This document shows positions 54,386 through 62,329 of a stretch of DNA of 64,000 nucleotides, piece by piece. This DNA comes from an uncultured bacterium (lineage in GTDB: Bacteria > Acidobacteriota > Thermoanaerobaculia > Multivoradales > JAHZIX01): contig CBDUPA010000008.1 of assembly GCA_965368975.1 (NCBI GenBank), positions 32,001 through 96,000 of the forward strand, in the 5' to 3' direction. Every line of letters starts with the position of its first letter. The stretch's first letter is position 1. The notes under the pieces were generated by a model. That model made no database searches. It was not told the origin of the DNA and saw only the letters and a program-made list of their open reading frames with translations. A program made the translations under genes and the position numbers.

Positions 54386-55990
54386 TCAACTCACGTCGAT
54401 CCGCCCCTTGCCAATCTGCACCAGACTCACCTCGTTGAACCGCCCCTCCTCCGGCCCATTCTCCAACCGCAGCACCCCCCGCGGACACACCGCCGCACAG
54501 ACACCACACCCCACGCACGACGCGCGGATCACGTTCTGCCCACGCTGTGCGTAGTGACGCACGTCGATGCCCATCTCACAGTACGTCGAGCAGTTGCCGC
54601 AACTGATGCACTGACCGCCGTTGGTGGTGATGCGGAAGCGGCTCTTGAAGCGCTGGACGATACCGAGAATCGCCGCCAGCGGACAGCCGAAGCGGCACCA
54701 GACACGGTTGCCGAAGAACGGGTAGAAGCCGGTGCCGACGACGCCGGCGAAGATGGAGCTGATGAGGAAGCCGTACCAGGTCTTGACCGGTTCCTTGATG
54801 CTGGCGAAGACGGCCTCGCCTCCATCCCTGCCGGTGATGTAGTTGGCCAGCACGATGGCGGTCATGACGACGGCGAAGACCAACACAGCATGCACCAGCC
54901 AACGCTCGACTTTCCAGGCCTTGAGGCTCTTGTCCGACAGCTGACGGAAGGGGTCGCCGAGCGTTTCCGCGAGACCGCCGCAGCCGCACACCCAGGAGCA
55001 GTACCAACGCTTGCCGAAGAAGAAGGCAAAAAGCGGTACGAGCAAGAAGCTGAGGCCGATGCCCCAGAGCAGCAGGAACATGCCGAAGGGGCTGCTCAGG
55101 TAGGTGTCCAGGTTGTAGCTGTAGAAGAAGCTGTAGTTGAGCGGCCAGGCGTTCTTGAAGTCGAAGTAGGGCTTGTTCAAGGCTTCCAGGATCGCCGGGA
55201 TCAGGAAGGCGAAGCCGAGCTGGAAGAACATGACGCTGAGGGTGCGGATGACGTGGTAGCGACTGTGCCGGTAGTGGACCAGCATGCGCACGCCCATCAC
55301 CACGACGCAGAAGGTGTAGAGCAGGCCGTAGAAGAACCACTGGTCAGCGGGCTTGTTGCGCAGCGCCTCGCTGATCGGGTCGCCGAGACGGATCCAGTTG
55401 GCGATATACGCCGGGAAGAAGTAGAGCAGGATGTAGAAGCCGATGAGGAAGACGCCGAAGCTGATGCCGACCCAGCCGCGGCTCTTGGCGCTGCTGTGGT
55501 AGACGCCGTCGTTGTGGATGCCGGCGGGCTTGAGGCCCAGGCGCGGCAGGAAGTAGAGCAGGGCGCCGAGGGGAGCGACGATCAGGCTGAGGACAAAGAA
55601 GAGGCGGGTGTTGTCGGCCGCGGGACCGATGGCGGCGGCTTTGGCGAGATGGTACTTGTATTGACCCTTGTCGTAGTCCCAGATCTGGCTGCCGCCCTGG
55701 CCGCTGGCGACGAAGGTTTCGTTGACCTCGGTCAGCTTGCGTTCGACGTCGTCCAGGAAAGTGAAGACGGTGTCGTAGCGACGGTCGAGTAAAGGAGACA
55801 GCTCCGCGCGCACGGTTTCCTGGTGGTGGCCGTAGATGCGGCCCTGGTCGAAGAGGCTCTGCAGCTTGTCGCTGGTGAGCTGGTAGTCGGCCAGGAAGAG
55901 TGTGCTGACGAAACCGGCGAAGCCGATCAGGAAGAGCACCAGGCCGGCGACGCGCAGCTTGGCGTAGAGGTTGGAAGACGAGGAACTCAT
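54386..55990 (-). CDS. Polytopic membrane 4Fe-4S binding protein (NapH/RdxA-like)
   Basis: GKRWYCSWVC, WCRFGCP, CISCGNCSTYC, CVGCGVCAAVCP. Confidence 0.85.
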   Translation of the reverse strand: MSSSSSNLYAKLRVAGLVLFLIGFAGFVSTLFLADYQLTSDKLQSLFDQGRIYGHHQETVRAELSPLLDRRYDTVFTFLDDVERKLTEVNETFVASGQGGSQIWDYDKGQYKYHLAKAAAIGPAADNTRLFFVLSLIVAPLGALLYFLPRLGLKPAGIHNDGVYHSSAKSRGWVGISFGVFLIGFYILLYFFPAYIANWIRLGDPISEALRNKPADQWFFYGLLYTFCVVVMGVRMLVHYRHSRYHVIRTLSVMFFQLGFAFLIPAILEALNKPYFDFKNAWPLNYSFFYSYNLDTYLSSPFGMFLLLWGIGLSFLLVPLFAFFFGKRWYCSWVCGCGGLAETLGDPFRQLSDKSLKAWKVERWLVHAVLVFAVVMTAIVLANYITGRDGGEAVFASIKEPVKTWYGFLISSIFAGVVGTGFYPFFGNRVWCRFGCPLAAILGIVQRFKSRFRITTNGGQCISCGNCSTYCEMGIDVRHYAQRGQNVIRASCVGCGVCAAVCPRGVLRLENGPEEGRFNEVSLVQIGKGRIDVS

Positions 55991-57384
55991 GACGCCTTCC
56001 TCCAGCGCAAGAGGTGGCTCAGGCCGCGTTTGCGGCGCAGGGTGACGGGGTGATCAGGGAAGCGTTGGTTGTAGACGGAGACCAGGGCCGCCTCGTGCTG
56101 GCGGTAGAACTCTGGATCGAAGTTGGCGACGCCGAGGTTCTCGAGTACCCCGCGCACGGACGTGCCGTTGCGCAGCCATTCGTCGCACACTTCGTGGCGG
56201 TAGCGCACACCCATCAGTTGAAAGCCGGTGACGGGGCCGTCATGGGGAGAGTCTCCAGTGGATCGGTAGTTGACGCGGATGGCCAGGTGCTGCTCCGGGT
56301 GTTGCCAGTACAGCGTTTCGATGTCGTCGGGCTGCTGCGCGGGTACGTCGCCGTAGACCTGCCATTCGAGATCGAAGAACTTGGCGGAGTTGAACCAGAC
56401 GTCTTGCTGGTAGGCGGTCACGGTGCCACAGATCGTGTGGGCGACCGTCTCGCCCATGGTGCGGCCGACGTACCAGACCGGCTCGGTGGGGCGACGGCCC
56501 GCTTTCGGCTGGCGTAACTGGGCGCAGTCGCCGATGGCGTAGACGTCCGGCACGTTGGTGCGCAGGTGTTCGTCGACCAGGATGCCGCGATCACACTCGA
56601 TCTCGGAGCCGCGCAAGAACTCGATGTTGGGACTGACGCCGACGGTCAAGCCGACGAACTGGCAGGAGATCGGCTCGCTCGCGTCTTCGGGAGCGCCACC
56701 GGCGGGCTTGGCGACGACCGCACAGGCACGACCGCGCGCGTCGGCCTCGATGTGGTCGAGCTCGGTGCCCATGCGCAAGTCGATACCATGACGCCGGATC
56801 TCACGTTCGATCAGCTCGCTCTCTTGCCGCGGGAAGGCGAATTCCATCCAGTGCTGCTCGCGCACCAGGAAAGTGACGCCGATACCGCGGCTGTGCAACA
56901 TCTCGCTCATCTCGACGCCGATCAGGCCGCCGCCGATCACCACCGCGTGCTCGGTGTCCTGGGTGTTGCGCTCCATCAGCTCCAGGTCCGGGTAGCTGTA
57001 GAGCCCCTGGACGCCTTCGAGATCCTGGCCCGGCCAGCCGAATTTGTTCGACTTCGAGCCGGTGGCCAGGATCAGCACGTCGTACGGGACGTGGCCGCCA
57101 CCGGAGAGACGCAGCTTCTTGGTCTCGACTTCCACGGCCTCGACCCACGCCCGGCGCAGGCGGATGCGGTTCTTGTCCCAGAAGTGGTCTTCGTAGGGCT
57201 TGGTGTCTTCGAAGCGCATGTGCCCCATGTAGATGTACATCAGGGCGGTGCGCGAGAAGAAGTGGTCGGTCTCTGCGGAGATCACGGTGATCTCGTGGTC
57301 ACTGCGCTTGCGGATGTGCCGTGCGGCGGTGATACCGGCGATGCCGTTGCCCAGAATGACGATCTGCTGCACGTCGGAACTCAT
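55987..57384 (-). CDS. NAD(P)/FAD-dependent oxidoreductase
   Basis: VILGNGIAG, LILATGS, GGGLIGVE, YAIGDCA; ATGA overlap with the 4Fe-4S gene. Confidence 0.9.
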   Translation of the reverse strand: MSSDVQQIVILGNGIAGITAARHIRKRSDHEITVISAETDHFFSRTALMYIYMGHMRFEDTKPYEDHFWDKNRIRLRRAWVEAVEVETKKLRLSGGGHVPYDVLILATGSKSNKFGWPGQDLEGVQGLYSYPDLELMERNTQDTEHAVVIGGGLIGVEMSEMLHSRGIGVTFLVREQHWMEFAFPRQESELIEREIRRHGIDLRMGTELDHIEADARGRACAVVAKPAGGAPEDASEPISCQFVGLTVGVSPNIEFLRGSEIECDRGILVDEHLRTNVPDVYAIGDCAQLRQPKAGRRPTEPVWYVGRTMGETVAHTICGTVTAYQQDVWFNSAKFFDLEWQVYGDVPAQQPDDIETLYWQHPEQHLAIRVNYRSTGDSPHDGPVTGFQLMGVRYRHEVCDEWLRNGTSVRGVLENLGVANFDPEFYRQHEAALVSVYNQRFPDHPVTLRRKRGLSHLLRWRKAS

Positions 57385-57494
57385 GCTTTCTCCTTCGGTC
57401 CGGTTCGTCGAGTGGGTACGCAGGTCGGCCGGTAGCGGATCTGTACCGCAGTCGGTGCCGCAGTTGGTGCCGCAGTCGAGGTCTTGCCGAGAAT

Positions 57495-58538
57495 CTAGCG
57501 CCGTGCGGCCCGTAGCCGGTCGAGTGCCGGGTCGAGTAGCGCATCGCCGAGCAGGACGAGGACGATCCACAGTCCGTCCGCCAGTAGCAGGTGTGCCAGC
57601 TGCATCCACACGGGGGCCTTGAGCGCGATGTTGAGCAGCCCGCCGGCCATCTGGGCGAAGACCATCAGCATTAGCAGACGCGACAGGTTCGCCGCTCGCT
57701 CCTCGCTGACGTGACTGCCTCGACCGTTGCCACCGGCGCTCGACAGAGCGTCGTGCGTGCGGCGAGCAAGAGCGAAGAGCAAGAGCGTCACGGCGACCGA
57801 GAGCGCTGGGTGCACCAGACGCAGGCGCACCACCAGGGGCGAGTCCTCGTTCAGATGAGCCTGGATGGCTTCGGCGTGGGACTCGACGGGGTAGAGGGTG
57901 ACACCCAGAGCGCTGACCGCGCCGCTGATGCCGGTCACCAGGAGAACCAGCAGGCAGGCGGTGAGTAGCCGGTCGCGGCCCCACAGGGCGAGCTTGCGGC
58001 GCTCACCGGCTGCCGATCCGAAGGTGCCGTGTTGTGACGACCAGGCGGCAGTCAAGGCGAGAGCGGCGAGCAGGAAGAAAGTGGTCGTGAGGTGTGCGCC
58101 CATGACGAAGATGCGCAGCGTCGAGGTGTCGTCGACCACCAAGTCACCGAGCACCAAGCCAGCTCCGACCAGCGCCTCGACGATCATCAAGGCCAAGACC
58201 CAGGCCGCTCCCATCCGCACTCGCTGGCTTTGCGAATCGAGGCCGGGTGGAAAGAGCCTGCGCGCCCAGACGAACAGCACGATGACCAGGATCAGCGCCA
58301 CGCCGCTGGTCAGCCGGTGCGAAAACTCGATCAGCGTCTCGACGTTCGGCGCGCGCGGCACGATTTCGCCATTGCACAGCGGCCAGTGACTGCCGCAGCC
58401 GGCACCACTGCCAGTGGCGCGCACGAAGGCTCCCCAGAGCACGACGAAGAGGTTGTAGTGCAGGTTGAACCAGGCGAAGCGGCTGAAGTTGCGGTTCTGG
58501 TTGACGGCTGGGTTCTCGTTGAGGTCTAGATTGTCCAT
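57495..58538 (-). CDS. ctaA: Heme A synthase (COX15/CtaA)
   Basis: GAFVR.TGSG.GC..HWPLCNG, IEFSHR, conserved His in TM helices. Confidence 0.9.
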   Translation of the reverse strand: MDNLDLNENPAVNQNRNFSRFAWFNLHYNLFVVLWGAFVRATGSGAGCGSHWPLCNGEIVPRAPNVETLIEFSHRLTSGVALILVIVLFVWARRLFPPGLDSQSQRVRMGAAWVLALMIVEALVGAGLVLGDLVVDDTSTLRIFVMGAHLTTTFFLLAALALTAAWSSQHGTFGSAAGERRKLALWGRDRLLTACLLVLLVTGISGAVSALGVTLYPVESHAEAIQAHLNEDSPLVVRLRLVHPALSVAVTLLLFALARRTHDALSSAGGNGRGSHVSEERAANLSRLLMLMVFAQMAGGLLNIALKAPVWMQLAHLLLADGLWIVLVLLGDALLDPALDRLRAARR

Positions 58539-58809
58539 GACGGCTAGAACTCTATCGTGCCTGGCGGCCGACGGCACGGAAAAGTGTCCCTCCTCTCACC
58601 TGGCGCCTGTGGACGTTGGCTGACGCCCAGATACCGCAGCCGTTAGTTGTGGACCAGCTTGGTGTAGAATTCCCGCGTCCGGTGCGCCCCTGCGGGCCGG
58701 CACCCCTTCGCCTTACCCACCCCGGCCGTGCCGTCAGCACCGGGAGCTAGTCGTCTAGCACCGCCAGCTGTCTTCCGCGTTCGGCCTTCAAGCTTCTGGA
58801 GAACCCGCC

Positions 58810-59241
58810 ATGCCCTACAACCCGATCTTGGTCAAGCCGATGCGCGACGAGTTGACGTCCATCGGCGTTGAGGAACTGCTCGCAGCCGAGGACGTCGATC
58901 GCTTCTTGGAGCAGGACGAGACCGCGCTCCTGGTCTTCAACTCCGTCTGCGGCTGTGCTGCCGGCCAGGCCCGTCCGGGCGTGCGCCTGGCCCTCGAGTC
59001 GGACGTCAAGCCGGCGCGTGTCGGAACGGTGTTCGCTGGTCAGGACGTCGAAGCCACCGCCAAAGCGCGTGCCTTCATGGCCGACATCCCGCCTTCGAGC
59101 CCGTCGATGGCCCTGTTCAAGAACCGCGAGCTGGTCTTCTTCCTGCCGCGCCACCGCATCGAGGGCCGGGACGCCGGTGCCGTCGCCGAAGACCTGAAGC
59201 AGGCGTTCGCCGAGCATTGTGCCGCTGGGCAGAGTGCTTGA
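58810..59241 (+). CDS. Bacilliredoxin BrxA/BrxB (YphP/YqiW) family
   Basis: NSVCGCAAG.ARP, TVFAGQD.EAT, PPSSPS.ALFK, RH.IEG. Confidence 0.92.
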   Translation: MPYNPILVKPMRDELTSIGVEELLAAEDVDRFLEQDETALLVFNSVCGCAAGQARPGVRLALESDVKPARVGTVFAGQDVEATAKARAFMADIPPSSPSMALFKNRELVFFLPRHRIEGRDAGAVAEDLKQAFAEHCAAGQSA

Positions 59242-59245
59242 GCTG

Positions 59246-59524
59246 ATGGGAACCTTTCACCAGCACAAGGGTGAACTGCACGGCATCACGGTGGTCGTCG
59301 AGACCACCGGCGATGCCGTGTGGGTCGGGCGCTGCGACGAGGTGACGCCCGAAGGCGTCGTTCTACTCGACGCCGACGTCCACCGCGAGGGCGACGACGG
59401 CCGCTCGAACGCCGACTACCTGCAGCACGCCGCGAAGTTTGGCGTCTGGAAGAAGTACGACCACCACGTGGTGCCGACCGCCGAGGTCAAGTCGGTGCGG
59501 CGCCTGGGGGAGGTTGAAGCGTAG
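59246..59524 (+). CDS. Hypothetical protein, possible Sm/LSm-like beta-barrel
   Basis: 92 aa, typical codon bias, 4 nt after brx; G.TVVVET....W.G.C......VVL.DAD pattern. Confidence 0.7.
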   Translation: MGTFHQHKGELHGITVVVETTGDAVWVGRCDEVTPEGVVLLDADVHREGDDGRSNADYLQHAAKFGVWKKYDHHVVPTAEVKSVRRLGEVEA

Positions 59525-59638
59525 CTCCGCGGCGTCCTTCGCGCCTCGCCTGTGGCCTCCATCGTCGATCGATCGCGGTGGAGGCTTTCTCGTATCCGGG
59601 GCGTCTCGATGAGAATCAAGAGAATTTCGACTCGGCGC

Positions 59639-59667
59639 TTGACAAGGATTATTTCTTGCCCTACTAT
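59639..59667 (+). promoter_or_regulatory. Strong sigma70 promoter with palindrome in spacer
   Basis: TTGACA-17-TACTAT; imperfect palindrome CAAGGATTATTTCTTG at 59643-58. Confidence 0.8.
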
Positions 59668-59740
59668 CTCGAAGCTCGATCGCAATAACACGGCGCCATC
59701 GTTGCTGCTTAACGACGGGCCGCTCGAACGAGACAAGACC

Positions 59741-59932
59741 ATGAGAAAGCCCAACTACCATTCGACCCGCTTCGAGCCTCACCGGCAGCACCAGTTGCCA
59801 GGCGTGCGGTTTTCCAGCTTGGGTGCACCGCGTCTCGTGACGCTCGCGCTCTCAACCTCGGAAAGCCTGCAGGCACCCGTGTACAAGGCACATGGAGCGG
59901 ATGCGAAGACCCGGAGCTTTCTCGTGAACTGA
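59741..59932 (+). CDS. Putative attenuator leader peptide (63 aa)
   Basis: ATG..TGA ORF between promoter and terminator; last codons contain the antiterminator strand; weak RBS. Confidence 0.5.
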   Translation: MRKPNYHSTRFEPHRQHQLPGVRFSSLGAPRLVTLALSTSESLQAPVYKAHGADAKTRSFLVN

Positions 59933-59959
59933 CGAACCATCACATCGTCAGCTTCCTTG

Positions 59960-59995
59960 AAAGCCTTCCCGGGGTCGCCCCAGGAAGGCTTTTTT
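59960..59995 (+). terminator. Attenuator terminator
   Basis: AAAGCCTTCC-CGGGGTCGCCCCA-GGAAGGCTTT followed by T-run. Confidence 0.85.
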
Positions 59996-60095
59996 GCTGT
60001 CTGCTCACCGGCTCACGAGCTAGTTGGGTCCGGTATCTCGAACAACCAGAATAGCGGACCTCGTCCGGACGGCCGACGTGTGTTCAAACATTACA

Positions 60096-60144
60096 ATCAG
60101 CTTCCTTCGAGGGGCTGATGTGTGGCTTCTTTGACAATTGAATA
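60096..60144 (+). promoter_or_regulatory. boxB-like hairpin plus boxA-like antitermination site
   Basis: ATCAGCTTCC-TTCG-AGGGGCTGAT then GCTTCTTTGACAATTGAATA, like rrn-leader boxA. Confidence 0.6.
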
Positions 60145-60171
60145 TCCATTCTGAACCGGACTTCGCCGGAC

Positions 60172-60274
60172 CAGCGGGGCACGGTGGACTCGTGGCGGGG
60201 AAGGCATCAGCCTTTTCGGCCCGGTGTCTGATCGTGCTTGCCGTACATGGACTATCACCGACGAGGTCACGCTG
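60172..60274 (+). ncRNA. Candidate ~100-nt rod-shaped structured RNA
   Basis: Nested pairs CAGCG/CGCTG, CGGTG/CACCG, GTGGCGGG/CTTGCCGT, ATCAG/CTGAT. Confidence 0.45.
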
Positions 60275-60330
60275 CTCGCGCAAGAGCGCTCGACATAGGA
60301 TCGAGAGAGGTCTGAAAAACCTCGACTTCT

Positions 60331-60404
60331 GCTTCATTAGCTCACTGGTAGAGCGCCGGCACACAACCCGGAGGTTGCGGGTTCGATTCCCGCATGATGC
60401 TTCA
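60331..60404 (+). tRNA. tRNA-like RNA (pseudo-tRNA), undetermined anticodon
   Basis: Canonical D-arm GCTC-ACTGGTA-GAGC and T-arm GCGGG-TTCGATT-CCCGC; 16-nt anticodon arm without U33; U3:U70 mismatch; ends TCA. Confidence 0.8.
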
Positions 60405-60440
60405 GCACCGTCAACGCCGCAGTCGTGCGCGGCACCATCA

Positions 60441-60773
60441 GGTCCGAAGGGAACGGTCTTTCTCCGCCCGCGCCGATGTCGGTTCCGGGACGGGGGCTGT
60501 CGTCGTTGCTGCTCGTCACCTCGTGGCGGGCGGTCGATGGCGGCGCTCCCGCCCGGGGCAGCGCCGAGGCTTCGCCGCGGCTTGGAAGGCGGGCCGGGTC
60601 CGAAAGCCACGACGCATCGTCGCCGTAGCGGCTCCGGAAACACCTTCGAGGTGCGCTCCCGAGCTGTTGCCGCGGCGGCGCCGACCGGTGGACCGACCCG
60701 TAACTCGCTCCAAGCCCCGCGAATCCCGGCGTGACGTCACAGCGATCCGCGGAGGAGACCGTTCCCTGACGAC
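60441..60773 (+). ncRNA. Candidate ~330-nt large structured ncRNA
   Basis: Closing helix AGGGAACGGTCT/AGACCGTTCCCT plus CTCCGC/GCGGAG and several nested helices; no credible ORF. Confidence 0.65.
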
Positions 60774-60961
60774 GTTTCCGTGCCCGATCCTCGTCTCGAT
60801 GCCTCCATCCCTCGGTTTCCGTTCGTCCGGTTCCAGATATCGACATTCGCCGCGGCGCACCGCGTCGCATTTTCCATCCACCCACGACCCGTCCAAGGAC
60901 TGACCGTCCAATCGTCGGCCTGCACGGTCGACCCGAATCCCGATCTCCAAGGAGGTGAATC

Positions 60962-62290
60962 ATGCTTTTCATTCGCTACGTTCACGTACAGCCCTACGAG
61001 CGCGTCGTCGTCTTCCGCGACGGCGAGCCGATCAAGGTCCTGATGCCCGGTCGGCGTTTCCTCGTGCGCTGGGCAAGCGAGCTGCGACTGCAGACTTTCG
61101 ACATCCGGACCCCGTATCTCGAAGTGACCGATGACGGGCTTCGCATCGAGGATCTGGAAGCCCTGGTCAAGAGTGGCCTGCTGGACCAGGAGGTCCAGTC
61201 CGTCCGGCTGCACAAGCACGAGCGGGCCCTGATGTGGGTCGAGGGCCGGCTGGATCGCGCCCTGGGCGCGGGGCCGCACGTCGCCTGGAACAGCTTCTTC
61301 CAGGTGCGCTTCCAGGCCTACTCCGTGCTCGACGTCTACCTGCAGCACCCGCAGATCGAGGTCGTGGTCGACAGCGGTCTGCTGGCCGAGGAGACCGAGA
61401 CCGTCGAGATCGGTGACCGTCAGCGGGCCCTGGTCTGGGTCGATGGCCGCTTCGACCGCATCCTGACTCCGGGTCTGCACCTGCTGTGGCGTGCCATGAA
61501 GCGGGTGCGGGTCGAGGTCGTGGAGGTTGGGGACGGTGTCTTCGAGCACCCGCGGCTCGAGACCATCGTGCAATCACTTGCCGCCGTCGAGCCGCTGGAC
61601 ACCATCTGCGTGCCGGCCGACCATGAGCTGCTGATCTTCCGCGACGGTCGCTTCGACCGCGCGCTGGCGCCCGGCGTCTACGCGCTGTGGAAGGACGTCT
61701 CCTACTTCAAGTGGCAGATGGTCGATCTGCGCGAGCAGATGCTGGACATCAACAGCCAGGACGTCATGACCGCGGACAAGGTGACCCTGCGTATCAACGC
61801 CGTCGTCACCTACCGCGTGGCCGATGCTCGCGCCATGGTGCAGGCGTCGGAGAACACTTCGCAGTCCCTCTACCGCGAGGCACAGCTGGCTCTGCGCTCC
61901 GTGCTCGGTGCGCGCGAGCTGGACGTGATCCTGGCGGAGAAGGACGCGGTGACCGAGGAGCTGGACCAGGCGGTCCGAGCCAAGGCCACCGAGCTGGGTC
62001 TGACCCTCGTGTCGCTGGGTCTGCGTGACGTCATCCTTCCGGGTGAGATGCGCACCCTGATGAATCGGGTCACCGAGGCCAAGAAGGCCGCGGAGGCCAA
62101 CCTCATCGCGCGTCGCGAAGAGACTCAGGCCATGCGCTCCCAGGCCAACACCGCGCGCATCTTCGAGTCCAACCCGACTCTGCTGAAGCTGCGCGAGCTG
62201 GAGGTTCTGGAGAAGGTCGCCGAGCGGGCCGACCTGAAGGTCGTGCTCACCGAGAGCGGCCTGACTGATCGCCTGGTGCAGATGGTATGA
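60962..62290 (+). CDS. Slipin-family SPFH/Band-7 protein with N-terminal repeats
   Basis: AAGGAGGTG RBS; VDLRE..L.I..QD.MTADKVTLRIN, QLALR..LG.R.LD..L, LRDVILPGEM, AQ/AN.I.RREET..RS..NTA, NPTL.KLRELE. Confidence 0.9.
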   Translation: MLFIRYVHVQPYERVVVFRDGEPIKVLMPGRRFLVRWASELRLQTFDIRTPYLEVTDDGLRIEDLEALVKSGLLDQEVQSVRLHKHERALMWVEGRLDRALGAGPHVAWNSFFQVRFQAYSVLDVYLQHPQIEVVVDSGLLAEETETVEIGDRQRALVWVDGRFDRILTPGLHLLWRAMKRVRVEVVEVGDGVFEHPRLETIVQSLAAVEPLDTICVPADHELLIFRDGRFDRALAPGVYALWKDVSYFKWQMVDLREQMLDINSQDVMTADKVTLRINAVVTYRVADARAMVQASENTSQSLYREAQLALRSVLGARELDVILAEKDAVTEELDQAVRAKATELGLTLVSLGLRDVILPGEMRTLMNRVTEAKKAAEANLIARREETQAMRSQANTARIFESNPTLLKLRELEVLEKVAERADLKVVLTESGLTDRLVQMV

Positions 62291-62329
62291 GCCCTGGGCT
62301 CACCTTCCGCACGACCTACCGTTCAACCT

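Noticed and set aside
58561-58767. Long-range inverted repeats (GACGGCACGG/CCGTGCCGTC; CTGGCGG/CCGCCAG), possible 6S-like RNA
   Set aside because: Interior pairing is poor and a likely brx -10 (TAGAAT) lies in the middle; may be chance in GC-rich DNA.
60441-60773. RNase P, tmRNA, or group I/II intron identity for the large RNA
   Set aside because: No GAGGAAAGUCC P4 motif, no tmRNA ends or tag ORF, and no P7 or domain V consensus visible.
60020-60972. Overlapping 140-210 aa ORFs on both strands
   Set aside because: Arg/Pro/Gly-rich with no motifs or RBS, overlapping a tRNA-like structure; better explained as non-coding RNA.
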